Assembly: GCA_024626585.2 (NCBI GenBank)
Contig: JANKJI020000004.1
Span: forward strand, 57,747,950 to 57,770,025
From: Ginkgo biloba
Taxonomy: Eukaryota > Plantae > Ginkgophyta
Direction: 5' to 3'
DNA length: 22,076 bases
Made by a program: the position numbers and the translations under genes. Each line of letters begins with the position of its first letter. The first letter of the stretch is position 1. The notes below the pieces were generated by a model. It was not told where the DNA came from and made no database searches. It worked only from the letters and a program-made list of their open reading frames with translations. This document shows positions 12,601 through 22,076 of the stretch, in pieces.

Positions 12601-15600
12601 TATTCTNNNNNNNNNNNNNNNNNNNNNNNNNNNNNNNNNNNNNNNNNNNNNNNNNNNNNNNNNNNNNNNNNNNNNNNNNNNNNNNNNNNNNNNNNNNNNN
12701 NNNNNNTTAACAGTAGGTATTATAGCCAAGTTGATAATTGCCACTACATTATCCAAATTCTCCTGATAGGTGTCCTTTACATACTTGAGGCTTGGTGTCA
12801 TTTGGTTGTGCAATCTTGCCAGTGATGTAGTCTCATAACTTGTAAAGGGTTAACACATGTTGCATGGTGTCTGCCCAAGTACTGTAGTTTTCGGCTCCCC
12901 AGAGTTTCTTAGTCAAAGCATTCAAANNNNNNNNNNNNNNNNNNNNNNNNNNNNNNNNNNNNNCCATTATTTCACAAAGAAAAAGATTACAATTCTCAAC
13001 AATTTTTGAATTAAAATGGTATTTTTTATAACAAAATCGGGCTTAAATGGCTAAAAAACGATGAATAGCAATCAACAAAGATCTTGGATAACTTAGGACT
13101 CGATAAAATTTAGTTATCCACAAGAGACAATGCTAAAAAATGCTAAAATATAACGTTATGGACTAAACAGTGTTAACTGACGGAAAACGTTAACACTTGA
13201 CTCAAAATTATAAACTTTTTCGTCAACTGACGGGAAAGTGAACTAACGAAGAAACTTTTAAATCAACTTACAAAAAATTTTCACAGCAACAGATGGAAAA
13301 GTAAAACCTTAGGTTTTTGTAAAAAGTTTTGAATTTTTTTTAATAAAAAAACCTAGAACTCCTAGGGCGCCATCACTGCTTGATTCTGTGGAAAAAATGG
13401 CGATCCGTTGCCCCCGATTTCAAAATCTCTTCGTCAAATCGGCCCGCTTTGAATCAATTGTCCGAAAGCTCTTCGAAACGTTGTATTTTTTTCAACAAAG
13501 AATGTACCACCTTTCAATAATTTCCACCTTGCGCGTTCTTCTTGAGCCAACAAAGGACGTCTCTCCACGGGATTTCTTGCTACTGAATGCAAATGCGAAC
13601 ACCACACGTCTCCAATAGATCGGGCTGATTATTCAAGATGGAGTAGTTCCTCCAACAGATGTCGCTCCAACAGATGTCGTCCCTCCAGTGGATTCTACTT
13701 GTGGCGCTCCCAAACAAATATGCTCCAAGAAACTGTGCTTAGCACCCAACATCTACCACAGACATTGTTCTGCACAGGAATGCCAAGTTAAAAAAGAATG
13801 TTGGTTCTTCCTTATGAGTTCAATAGGGANNNNNNNNNNNNNNNNNNNNNNNNNNNNNNNNNNNNNNNNNNNNNNNNNNNNNNNNNNNNNNNNNNNNNNN
13901 NNNNNNNNNNNNNNNNNNNNNNNNNNNNNGAGGTACACGGTTCGAATTGGGTTCAACAAATGTCTAGCCTTTTTCAATATGTATCTTCTTTTTGATATAC
14001 TCAAGTTTGCATTTATGTTTCATTTCTTCATGCTGGATCATGGTTTCTTCCTTCTTTCTTTGCTTTAGTAGTTCATGCTCGTAACATTATGTGTTGAATA
14101 AAATGATTTCTAGTTGTGATCGAGCCCATGATTTAAGCCATGAAGTTGGATAAAGAGAATCAGTATTAAACTTTTCTGTTTGTACTACTCGATTTTGAGT
14201 TAAAGGCTTGGAAAAAGAAAACTGACAGATAAGATATTTTCAGTATTCCTACAATTCAATATAAATGGGAAATTGGATTTTTATAAGATTTATAGTAGGA
14301 TTTCATAGACAAAGGCTATCCATTTTATACTACACTATAATTTTTGCTATGATGGATTTGGTTTTGACTTTTCTGTCGTCCATGTGTTTTGGCCTTGTTT
14401 TTTTGTGGTTGTTAGAGATAAGTATGTGTTTATGGAGGGGCATTTATGTATATTACCTTTAATCTATTCTGACGATAAAATGTGTCAATTTCAGGTGAAT
14501 AGTTCGTGTTCAAATTTGTCTATAGAAAAAGTTATATTTGTTGAGGCATCAGACAAAGTTGGCGAGTGGAAACTACATAGTCAATTATCAAATATAGAAT
14601 GTGTTGAGATTAATCACCCCAAGATAAGGTAAATCATTTCTATTAAAATTGAATTTCCTTAGTTTTGGTTGAGTTATTTTTGTTGATTGACGACAATGTT
14701 ATCTAGCGAAAGAAGGGAACTCAATGACCTTTTATGAAATTTCCTAGCACCTAGTAGCCTTTATTGCTCACCCACTAGTCACCATACTCTCAAATGTCAT
14801 CTATGTTTACCATGAGTAATTTGAAATGCTTGGAGGTGCAAGAGGACGAAAACCTAGAGTAAAATATTTAAAGACAAGGGTGTAACAGAAGGCTGGGTTC
14901 CCCTACTGGAGAAAAAATCATGGAAAAAGATCAAGAAACGAGTGAGAATGATCGATCGACGTCCTCGCTACGTTGCTGCATTATAGTCAATTATAATTAT
15001 TTTGATTTTATATATATATATATATATATTCAAAGGTCAAAGTGAAATTTAAGTAAATTGGAAAGTCATTTAAAGTCTGAAATATTCTTTGTTTAATATT
15101 TGATGTTTGATCGCGTTGATTGGTGAGAAGAAGTGAGAAAGAAGATACCTGATTTCAAATGCCAATATCTTCCTCATACAATGTACGTTTTGTGAATTGT
15201 TGGAAAGACTATTTAGAGATATTTCATTTTACAGTAGTTTGATATCATGATGACAACNNNNNNNNNNNNNNNNNNNNNNNNNNNNNNNNNNNNNNNNNNN
15301 NNNNNNNNNNNNNNNNNNNNNNNNNNNNNNNNNNNNNNNNNNNNNNNNNNNNNNNNNTCATTAACCCAATTGGTCTGTGGAATCCAGCTGTGTCAACACA
15401 ATATATACAGAAAAGCTGGCTTCATATCAACAATATAATCTTGAATCTTATGTCAAATATGTCCCTACAATGGTTGCTTTTCTTGGACTAAATGTCTTTT
15501 GTCTTCTATTAATCAGATTTAAGGATTTCATGTGTGGTGTTTGTTATTCATGTTTTAATGTTCAGTACCGAAGGCCGACTCTGCAAACAGTTCAGCATGA

Positions 15601-18600
15601 GTAGATCATAATTTAGCTATAAAACATATGGAACATTACAATGAAAACAACTGCAGCCATGTATACGCTGCCATACGGTCATTAAGGTTCTTGGAGGCCA
15701 ACCCTTGAGACATAGACCCTAGTATACTTTCAAAGAAAGACAAAACACAGCAATGCAACAGGGCAGAAAAACAGAAAAAGCACAACGATAAATGCCTTAC
15801 TAAATATATGTCTTGTAGGAGAGCCAGCTGTGTTAAATATCCTCCCCCAAAGAAAGGTCGAACCACTGATTGATTTGTGCTGACCTGGTGCTGTTGCTGC
15901 AATGAATGCCCTCTAACATGCCATACAACCTCTTGATGATCACGACCATACTCCGTAACAGGCCCCATGCCTGTACGGACAGAAGAATAACATAAACAAT
16001 GTCTTACTGGCTGATAATTGAACTTCCTCAGTCAAGGACACAGTAATGTCAAGGGAAGAATGAAATTATACAACCTTTATTTATAGTCACATGGTGGCAA
16101 GGTGGGGCCTAGGCTGACCTCCCATCTTGTGAGGCCAATCTCTGCCACTTAATTCCCTTACAAGTTCATTTAGGCTTATGTGTACCTTCCCACATGTGCA
16201 GCCACTTCTATGGCTAACGTAGGCCCCATTTGAAGCATGACTTGGCATGTGTGGCCGCTCATGCTGACATATACATTTATGTTTCCATGTGCTTATGCTG
16301 TGGGGTCTGCCAAAGCCTTTAACACTGCCATTTGACCTATTGTGTTCTCAAGCACTCTAAGTACTTTCCTTAAGATCTTTTTCTTCTTCATGGCTAGTAA
16401 TAAGGTCTTTTTCTATCCTGTGACATAAGAGAACCAGCCAAACTTCAAGTTGTTATAAGCCCTACACGATGGGCATGCAAACCAAAGAAGAAAAACCCTG
16501 TTTATTGTTTTTTATAGAATGTTCAATCCAAAAACTTCTAAATTTGGACTCAACTCCCAGTGATCCACATTGCATGGGTATAGCTATTTGGTCCCAGGAT
16601 ATATTGTAACAAATGCACTTAATTATATCATGATTGTCATCAGTCTATTATTTTTGAGATTCAACTATTCTTTTACTTCTGCCCTTTCAGGGCTATTGAC
16701 TGCAATCAATTATTTTCAGATTCTGCGTGCTTTCCTTCCCAGAAAGCTTCCAATTTCATTATTAACTAATCCTTTCATAAAAAGAAGCAGAGGTAAGTTG
16801 GATATNNNNNNNNNNNNGTTTTTGACTTTTTAGCATCCATTATAGCGGAACAGATAAATTGTAGAACCCCTACTAAACATCTGTAAATTAGTAACTCGAA
16901 CATCATAGATAATAATTTTAAGGATAGAAGATATACACGTTATGTGTGCAGACTCAACATTTTGTTAAGTATATTTGATGTTTCGAATGTGTTATCTTTG
17001 AACGATGAATTAAGAGTTAAGTATTTTGAGTGATGATTTGTGTGTGTGGTAGAGTAGAATGTCTTTCTTAATTATTATCATGTAAATAGCAGTGATAGCA
17101 AATATTTTGATTTCATTTCCTTACAGGCTAGGTTCAGAAATTGGACCTCTTTACATCTCGTGTTATGATGTGTTTGCAAATCGGATGCCTTTTAAGACGT
17201 ATCCCCAGCTTCAAGTTCAAGTTCGAAGGATGGGAAAGCCCCTGAGTATTAAGATAGAGAAGGCATCTGGAAGTCTTACACATGACAGAATGCATCTGCA
17301 AATTTCGGTACACTCTAATTATAGCCTACATGCTTTAAANNNNNNNNNNNNNNNNNNNNNNNNNNNNNNNNNNNNNNNNNNNNNNNNNNNNNNNNNNNNN
17401 NNNNNNNNNNNNNNNNNNNNNNNNNNNNNNNNNNNNNNNNNNNNNNNNNNNNNNNNNNNNNNNNNNNNNNNNNNNNNNNNNNNNNNNNNNNNNNNNNNNN
17501 NNNNNNNNNNNNNNNNNNNNNNNNNNNNNNNNNNNNNNNNNNNNNNNNNNNNNNNNNNNNNNNNNNNNNNNNNNNNNNNNNNNNNNNNNNNNNNNNNNNN
17601 NNNNNNNNNNNNNNNNNNNNNNNNNNNNNNNNNNNNNNNNNNNNNNNNNNNNNNNNNNNNNNNNNNNNNNNNNNNNNNNNNNNNNNNNNNNNNNNNNNNN
17701 NNNNNNNNNNNNNNNNNNNNNNNNNNNNNNNNNNNNNNNNNNNNNNNNNNNNNNNNNNNNNNNNNNNNNNNNNNNNNNNNNNNNNNNNNNNNNNNNNNNN
17801 NNNNNNNNNNNNNNNNNNNNNNNNNNNNNNNNNNNNNNNNNNNNNNNNNNNNNNNNNNNNNNNNNNNNNNNNNNNNNTCTTGCCAGGAGAATTGTGCTCA
17901 GTTAAGATCCTTAGGAGCCAGGCACTGGATAACTGTTTGCGTCCTGGAGATGTGATTCATGAACTTTTGTTGCAGGTAAGCAATGCAAGGAAATTAACAT
18001 TATATTGTAATGATGGAAGTAGGAACTAAATTGGTAATATTGCAGTGGTGCTGGTACTTTAATTTAGAACACTCTTTACCATTGCTATAGTAACATGGAG
18101 CATATTGTAATGTTGGCCAACATCAACACTTGCTTTTTATGATAATGGTCTGACAAAATTTGCTCCGAGAGATTTAGCATTGTAGTTTGTAAGAGACAGA
18201 ATTTTTAGAATTGAAACCCCAGAGAGCATAGAAATGCTGACTTATAGTTTAGTCTAGCGCTCTCTTATAGCTTGTTTTGTCCGCTGCAACTGTTAGGGTG
18301 TTGTTATTTCCAATTATAGACCATGCATCGCACCATTTGCACTAGTGACTAGCATATCTTATTACAGGTAATGCTTATTGCAATGAAATATGTCTGTTTC
18401 AATAAGATCCTAACCAATCCTATATGCAATCTTCAAAAACCTTGTAAATGCAAGGCTTGTGTCTGTTTTCTTAGCATGACATGTCATTCCTGCAATGTGC
18501 CCATTGACTGAGGGATTCGTCTTTATTATGTTTTTTTTCGTCCAAGCCTTTTTTCACAAAACCTTCTGTTTTGAGGCTTTGAGAATCGGTGTTGAAGTAT

Positions 18601-19022
18601 TGTCTACAGATGTTTCCCAATTTTCTTGGCATCTTCCATCACATTTCCTTGTACTTGTGTGAATCCTCCTCTATTAATTAAGCAGATTTCCAGAGACATG
18701 GTTTTATTCAGGCAATCAGATGCATTCTGCATATGGTACATGAGTGATATAAAAGAGTTAAGAAATTAAGAAGGGATATCCCAGATATGTGATACAGATT
18801 TATTGTTGACTCTTTTTCTGTATTAAAAGGCATCTGCTGGATAGCATTTCAAACTGGAATAAAGTTCAAAATATTATGAGAATTTTCAATTTTCTTATCA
18901 TTGTTGTTTTGTTTTCAATGAAGGGTTTGGACGCTTATGGGAATCCTGTTGAGAAAGGGCAGAAAATGAAGGTGGAACTGACAGGACTGGAGTTTCAGGA
19001 CCAGAATGGTTTTTCTCGGAGG
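465..19022 (+). CDS. GMI1: Internal portion of a multi-exon GMI1 / SMCHD1-like gene; 5' and 3' ends not seen; possibly frameshifted
   Basis: Spliced exons give VNGTNLTEVEGGEVVATNLEACNGP..ANARITCFYFPIIQGKESIDNILEKL..GRLPFMEPK..RVKCFVETDAGFAPTTSK..VRVLTQIRRKG..GEARMICRP..KAPAFIDIL..PPKEIITVVRP..GLDAYGNPVEKG. This is collinear with plant GMI1 as I recall it. Confidence 0.9.
703..847 (+). CDS. GMI1: GMI1 exon ending ...PVAEESANARITCFYFPIIQ (contains a 10-N gap; start 703 or 692)
   Basis: Polypyrimidine tract at about 650-680, conserved ANARxxCxYFPI motif, donor cag|gttagt at 847. Confidence 0.8.
938..1013 (+). CDS. GMI1: GMI1 exon, 3' part lost in gap (GKESIDNILEKLDMEGFGMGESFET)
   Basis: Acceptor tttatag|GGG, phase 0 matching the previous exon; runs into the N-gap at 1014. 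Confidence 0.9.
1370..1507 (+). mobile_element. Degenerate Ty3/gypsy integrase (rve) fragment
   Basis: IISDRDGHFLSHF*THL*EMMDTKLKRSISFHPQ..KVVNRKLVHAL matches the gypsy consensus IVSDRDxxFxSxFWxxLW..GTxLxxSTAFHPQTDGQTEVVNR. Trp codons have become stops and TDGQ is deleted. Confidence 0.9.
1639..1729 (+). CDS. GMI1: GMI1 exon (GRLPFMEPKRRRADNMRIRQQCFKRVKCFV)
   Basis: tagcag| acceptor, g|gtatga donor, 91 nt, phase 0 to 1. Confidence 0.92.
2003..2037 (+). CDS. GMI1: GMI1 35-nt micro-exon (ETDAGFAPTTSK)
   Basis: tgtag| acceptor, aaa|gtgagt donor, phase 1 to 0, conserved TDAGFxPTxSK motif. Confidence 0.92.
3120..4568 (-). mobile_element. Highly decayed TE coding remnant, possibly LINE ORF2 C-terminal half
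   Basis: Stacked short minus-strand ORFs with strong strand bias. Only weak motifs are visible (FLWRHG, FWHGL..CCKSCE zinc-knuckle-like, NNHMG..HNND RNase H-like). Confidence 0.35.
5234..5293. repeat. A-run followed by compound (GT)10(AT)4 microsatellite
   Basis: Directly visible: A12 at 5234-5245, GT repeat at 5266-5285, AT repeat to 5293. Confidence 0.9.
5689..6462 (+). mobile_element. Decayed retrotransposon accessory-type ORF (plant-transposon-protein / PMD-like)
   Basis: Three chained reading frames joined across one stop and about 2 frameshifts. 6100-6462 is open and reads ITQFLATKIFG..QVKKGVRYNWCSFICFRMTTLLKKI..FFSPTIFVRLL. Confidence 0.45.
6754..6877. repeat. Local duplication: perfect 32-bp direct repeat plus shorter shuffled repeats
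   Basis: attctatgtattttgacccagtttcctccagt at 6769-6800 and 6846-6877; gtatattggata at 6799-6810 and 6833-6844. Confidence 0.9.
7450..7602 (+). CDS. GMI1: GMI1 exon (VRVLTQIRRKGHLWRASQKIKILKGA..FYAVLEYILCEGLEGDP)
   Basis: ttacag| acceptor, g|gtatgt donor, 153 nt, phase 1 to 1. Confidence 0.92.
7778..7799 (+). CDS. GMI1: GMI1 22-nt micro-exon (GEARMICR)
   Basis: tttacag| acceptor and ag|gttcct donor; phases 1 to 2 fit both neighbours. Confidence 0.88.
7904..8018 (+). CDS. GMI1: GMI1 exon (PMECPDEDGCELIFNHGNACLELRSSRLFPLDLISSGK)
   Basis: tacag| acceptor, aag|gtggaa donor, 115 nt, phase 2 to 0. Confidence 0.9.
8150..8335 (-). mobile_element. Possible gypsy gag fragment
   Basis: AMELARSFEAKN resembles the end of the retrotransposon gag capsid region. 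The match is short and next to a gap. Confidence 0.3.
8416..8493 (+). CDS. GMI1: GMI1 exon, 5' part in gap (EKKQLKAPAFIDILNSEQVQKFGIDK)
   Basis: Matches the EKQxQKAPSxIDxL motif; donor aag|gtcagt at phase 0. Confidence 0.88.
8860..9181 (+). CDS. GMI1: GMI1 exon (GFSKGATVQAGFVPPKEIITVVRP..SSRNGIHGLYCFSTEGSQ / YKFIFSM) with apparent frameshift near 9157-9160
   Basis: gtcag| acceptor and a strong donor atg|gtaagt at 9181. The conserved YxFxFS end is in a different frame from the rest of the exon. Confidence 0.88.
10091..11135 (+). mobile_element. Degenerate L1-clade LINE ORF2 (RT and post-RT) fragment, interrupted at 10574-11095
   Basis: LAAECFSALL..ITHQLFAND (YADD box decayed)..YASTSNQQINRNKSKIF..KSKLDAWPNKLLSLPGR..PNYVVS, resuming after the insert as KLSRKCSNLFEK; several frameshifts. 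Confidence 0.85.
10574..11095. mobile_element. Solo-LTR-like insertion (TG...CA) nested in the LINE
   Basis: Begins tgtaacaaccc and ends gggctgtgaca (imperfect 11-bp terminal inverted repeat, 9/11). It contains a gap and has no canonical TSD. Confidence 0.6.
12707..12926 (-). mobile_element. Degenerate Ty1/copia gag N-terminal fragment
   Basis: Minus strand reads KKLWGAENYSTWADTMQHVLTLYKL*DYITGKIAQP, matching KLxGxNYxxWxxxMxxxLxxxxLWxYVxGxxxxP. After a frameshift it continues ..NLDNVVAIINLAI. Confidence 0.75.
12964..13829 (+). mobile_element. CpG-rich unclassified TE segment with hairpin motifs and a near-intact ORF start
   Basis: Much higher CpG density than the flanks. Inverted repeat at 13169-13197. 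ORF from the ATG at 13397 to the gap has one in-frame TAG. Confidence 0.45.
13650..13679 (+). repeat. 15-bp tandem duplication ctccaacagatgtcg x2
   Basis: Directly visible; in frame (PTDVA PTDVV). Confidence 0.9.
14495..14628 (+). CDS. GMI1: GMI1 exon (VNSSCSNLSIEKVIFVEASDKVGEWKL..HPKIR)
   Basis: tttcag| acceptor, ag|gtaaat donor, 134 nt, phase 0 to 2, VGxWKL motif. Confidence 0.85.
15009..15029. repeat. (TA)10 microsatellite
   Basis: Directly visible. Confidence 0.9.
15630..16425 (-). mobile_element. LTR-like sequence, antisense to the host gene
   Basis: Right end tgtgaca (TGTCACA start on the minus strand) and a minus-strand TATA box ctataaataaagg at about 16074-16086; more GC-rich than the flanks. 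The left boundary is unresolved. Confidence 0.4.
17127..17307 (+). CDS. GMI1: GMI1 exon (LGSEIGPLYISCYDVFANRMPF..LTHDRMHLQIS)
   Basis: ttacag| acceptor, tcg|gtacac donor, 181 nt, phase 2 to 0, CYDxxxNRxPF motif. Confidence 0.9.
17878..17975 (+). CDS. GMI1: GMI1 exon, acceptor in gap (LPGELCSVKILRSQALDNCLRPGDVIHELLLQ)
   Basis: PG..LxPGxVIxELxL motif; donor cag|gtaagc at phase 0. Confidence 0.87.
18924..19022 (+). CDS. GMI1: GMI1 exon (GLDAYGNPVEKGQKMKVELTGLEFQDQNGFSRR)
   Basis: aag| acceptor after a T-rich tract, agg|gtatcc donor, 99 nt, DAYGN motif. Confidence 0.9.
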
Positions 19023-21136
19023 GTATCCCTTTTCCATTTGATTACACCAGTTTCCTCTTAGTATCTGTCGACTGAAAATCTTTGTCTTCTTGAAGTGTGC
19101 CCCTACCAGGCGATGCTTATTCCTTGGTGTTTTCTGAAGAGAAGACTTGCCATGTTTTTGTCAGGGGGAGGAAATCAGATTTAAACAATTATAACAGTGG
19201 AAATGTGGCCAAACTTCAGCAATTATTAAGTGTGGATAATTTTTCTTGTTANNNNNNNNNNNNNNNNNNNNNNNNNNNNNNNNNNNNNNNNNNNNNNNNN
19301 NNNNNNNNNNNNNNNNNNNNNNNNNNNNNNNNNNNNNNNNNNNNNNNNNNNNNNNNNNNNNNNNNNNNNNNNNNNNNNNNNNNNNNNNNNNNNNNNNNNN
19401 NNNNNNNNNNNNNNNNNNNNNNNNNNNNNNNNNNNNNNNNNNNNNNNNNNNNNNNNNNNNNNNNNNNNNNNNNNNNNNNNNNNNNNNNNNNNNNNNNNNN
19501 NNNNNNNNNNNNNNNNNNNNNNNNNNNNNNNNNNNNNNNNNNNNNNNNNNNNNNNNNNNNNNNNNNNNNNNNNNNNNNNNNNNNNNNNNNNNNNNNNNNN
19601 NNNNNNNNNNNNNNNNNNNNNNNNNNNNNNNNNNNNNNNNNNNNNNNNNNNNNNNNNNNNNNNNNNNNNNNNNNNNNNNNNNNNNNNNNNNNNNNNNNNN
19701 NNNNNNNNNNNNNNNNNNNNNNNNNNNNNNNNNNNNNNNNNNNNNNNNNNNNNNNNNNNNNNNNNNNNNNNNNNNNNNNNNNNNNNNNNNNNNNNNNNNN
19801 NNNNNNNNNNNNNNNNNNNNNNNNNNNNNNNNNNNNNNNNNNNNNNNNNGCAGGGTTTTCTCTGATTGTTTTAGTTTTCTTCATTCTTTTCCTCACGTTT
19901 TCTTACCCACTTTATGGACAAGGGGCTAGATTCTAAACCTAGTTTGACAGCAGGAGGGACACGGGCACCAAAGAATGAGCTAGAAAAAGAAAAAAAATAT
20001 TAGAAGATCTCGTTCGTCATGAGGGATGATGAAAATCTTTAATTGGGAACCTATCAGATTACAGTGGGATTGTTAAGTTGGATTGATTCAAAATTAACTA
20101 AATTAGAGATGTCAAAGAAATCAATAAAATCTAGACCATATCTTTAATCCCTTCCTTAATGTTGACTATAATATGAATATAGATTAATGCTGATTGATAG
20201 AAAAAATTTGAAGTAGGTAACATAATCATTTCCATTACTAGCATAATCCTGTAGGGTTAGAAGTGTTTATGCATGCATAAGTTAAGCAAAATTGCATGAA
20301 GTTCATTATAATAGATATATCTTATCATGTGATCTATAATGCACTATTGAAATTCAATGAGGTTATATTAGAATCCATATGGGTTTCTTATCCATAATCA
20401 ATTCTATAATCAGAAAATGTGGTGGCTTACATGAGAATCCATTCATGGTTCATTTGTTCTTTATTTCTAATCTGAAAGGTAGGGTTCTTAATCATTGTTT
20501 GCCTTCTTGTTAAATCATTATGTGTTTGCATTTTAAAGTAAAATGAAGCATTTAAGGCAAAGATATGAAGCATATCAATTGGATCACATTTATGACCAAA
20601 ACATAACACAATGCACAAATGCATAACATGTTCCTAGTTCTTATTCTTAGCAAACATAATTATTTCCCTGCCTCTGATCTTCTATTTCATTAAAAGTATG
20701 TCTGATTTATTTTTCATTTTATCTCAATGCCCTCTTCTTTTGAACATTTTTAGAAGAATGGAGAAGGAAACCAAGGAAAAATATAACAATTCTTTTTCTC
20801 CTTTCTGTTGTTAAATAATATGCCAACTGATAAATAACCTACCAAACCACTATTGAAATGGTAATTTCAAAAATAAAAGAAAATTAACTTTTAAAAGCGT
20901 TTAAAAACCGATTTCTGCACAAGTTGTTAAAATAGTTTTGAACACTAGGAGGGAATGGCAGGGGAGTGTTGTGAGGAAATGAGGTGATAGCAGGTTGATT
21001 GTGTGCCATTGGAATGAGCTAACTGGTTTTTGAATTAATGCAGGGTCCTCCATATCTCTTTCCAAACAGTTTAGAGTCTTCCCATTTTCTCAGCCTTGAG
21101 TGAGCCATTAAATCACCCTTTTGGGCAAATATACCT

Positions 21137-21770
21137 TTGGAGATCACTATGAATGAGCTCATTTTGAACTCTAATTTGCATGCTTCTTCTTTGTTAAATT
21201 CTGAGACCAGGCCTACAGCTATTGGAGATTACATCAATGGTGCCTCAGAGAGCAAGGAAGTTTGTCCTAAAAGTCCATCGCAAGTTAAGCTTGGGTTTAT
21301 CAATATTATTATTGATTGACAACATATAAATTTGGCTTTTTATAATCTTGTTTCTAGAACTTTGATAGGCTATTTTTTGAGTAGACTTCCACTTGAGGTT
21401 GTGCGCAATGCTTGGATACATGGGGAGATATATGGATGGAAGGTAGTCTCCATTCACTCTCTCATTCGGGGGTTTTATTCCTTCATTTCTGAAACTCCAT
21501 AAATCAACAATGAAGTGGTCTCAAGAGGCCTCATGGTACTTTTTAGGTGGACTAAAGATTTCTTTATTGAAAGAGTTGTTCCCTATGATTACCCTATGTG
21601 GGTAGAGTTTCTTGGGTTGCCCATGCCTTATTGGGAGTTTTTAAGCTTTGTTGTCACTCCCATTAGCACCTTTATGTGTTATGAGCCAAGTAGGCTTTTA
21701 ACCCTGGGACAAACATGAGATTTTGTGTTAAAGTGGACTTCTATAAGGAGCTCAATAAAGAAATCATGAC
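21137..21770 (+). mobile_element. Degenerate L1-clade LINE ORF1 (DUF4283-like)
   Basis: One frame with two internal stops: RTLIGYFLSRLP..AWI..GFYSFISE..VVSRG..LFRWTKDF..PMWVEFLGLPMPYW, then RFCVKVDFYKEL after a frameshift (compare ARICVEVDLxKPL). Confidence 0.85.
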
Positions 21771-22076
21771 ATTACATATTTACATTAATGCTTGATTACA
21801 ACATTACATATTTAACTTTGTTTATAATATGCTTAGTGTGCAATATGTTTAGTCATTTAATCTTTAACTAGTTGCAATCGAATATTGCTTGTGACAGTCC
21901 AATCTTTCCTTCATAGCTAAGTAGGTTAGTTTATACATCTTAAGATATAAAGGCAATCGAATAAATAAATCTTATGCTAACCATTAGAGTGCACAATAAC
22001 AAGAGATTTCATTCATCTATCATTAAAGCATAATCATGAGTAATCAATGCATCATTCACATTGAGAAAGCATAGAC

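Noticed and set aside
15636-15968. 110-aa minus-strand ORF as a nested gene
   Set aside because: No recognisable domain, and it lies in LTR-like sequence.
19097-19936. ORFs over 200 aa, and VDNFSC as the next GMI1 exon
   Set aside because: The ORFs are almost entirely N. The AG at 19229-19230 is out of phase with the VD codons, so the real exon is probably in the gap or beyond the window.
1-22076. A novel multi-gene or prokaryotic-type system
   Set aside because: All coding signal is explained by one spliced plant gene plus decayed TEs. I saw no RNA genes, operon or array.

Overview
AT-rich, CpG-depleted, gappy eukaryotic draft sequence from a land plant. A gymnosperm is inferred from the TE-filled multi-kb introns and the divergence from angiosperm sequences as I recall them. 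The whole window is the internal part of one + strand multi-exon gene recognisable as GMI1 (GAMMA-IRRADIATION AND MITOMYCIN C INDUCED 1, the plant SMCHD1-like GHKL-ATPase/SMC-hinge protein). I traced 14 exons or exon pieces from 465 to 19022 using GT-AG boundaries and mostly consistent phases. The start codon, ATPase core and hinge are not visible, and several expected exons probably lie in N-gaps. The introns hold decayed retroelements: gypsy integrase, copia gag, two L1-type LINE pieces (one split by a solo-LTR-like insertion), a retroelement accessory ORF and a CpG-rich unclassified element. The most notable observation is an apparent frameshift or deletion at about 9157-9160 that would truncate GMI1 unless alternative splicing rescues it. 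I found no convincing novel multi-gene system. All homology calls come from remembered motifs, not database searches.
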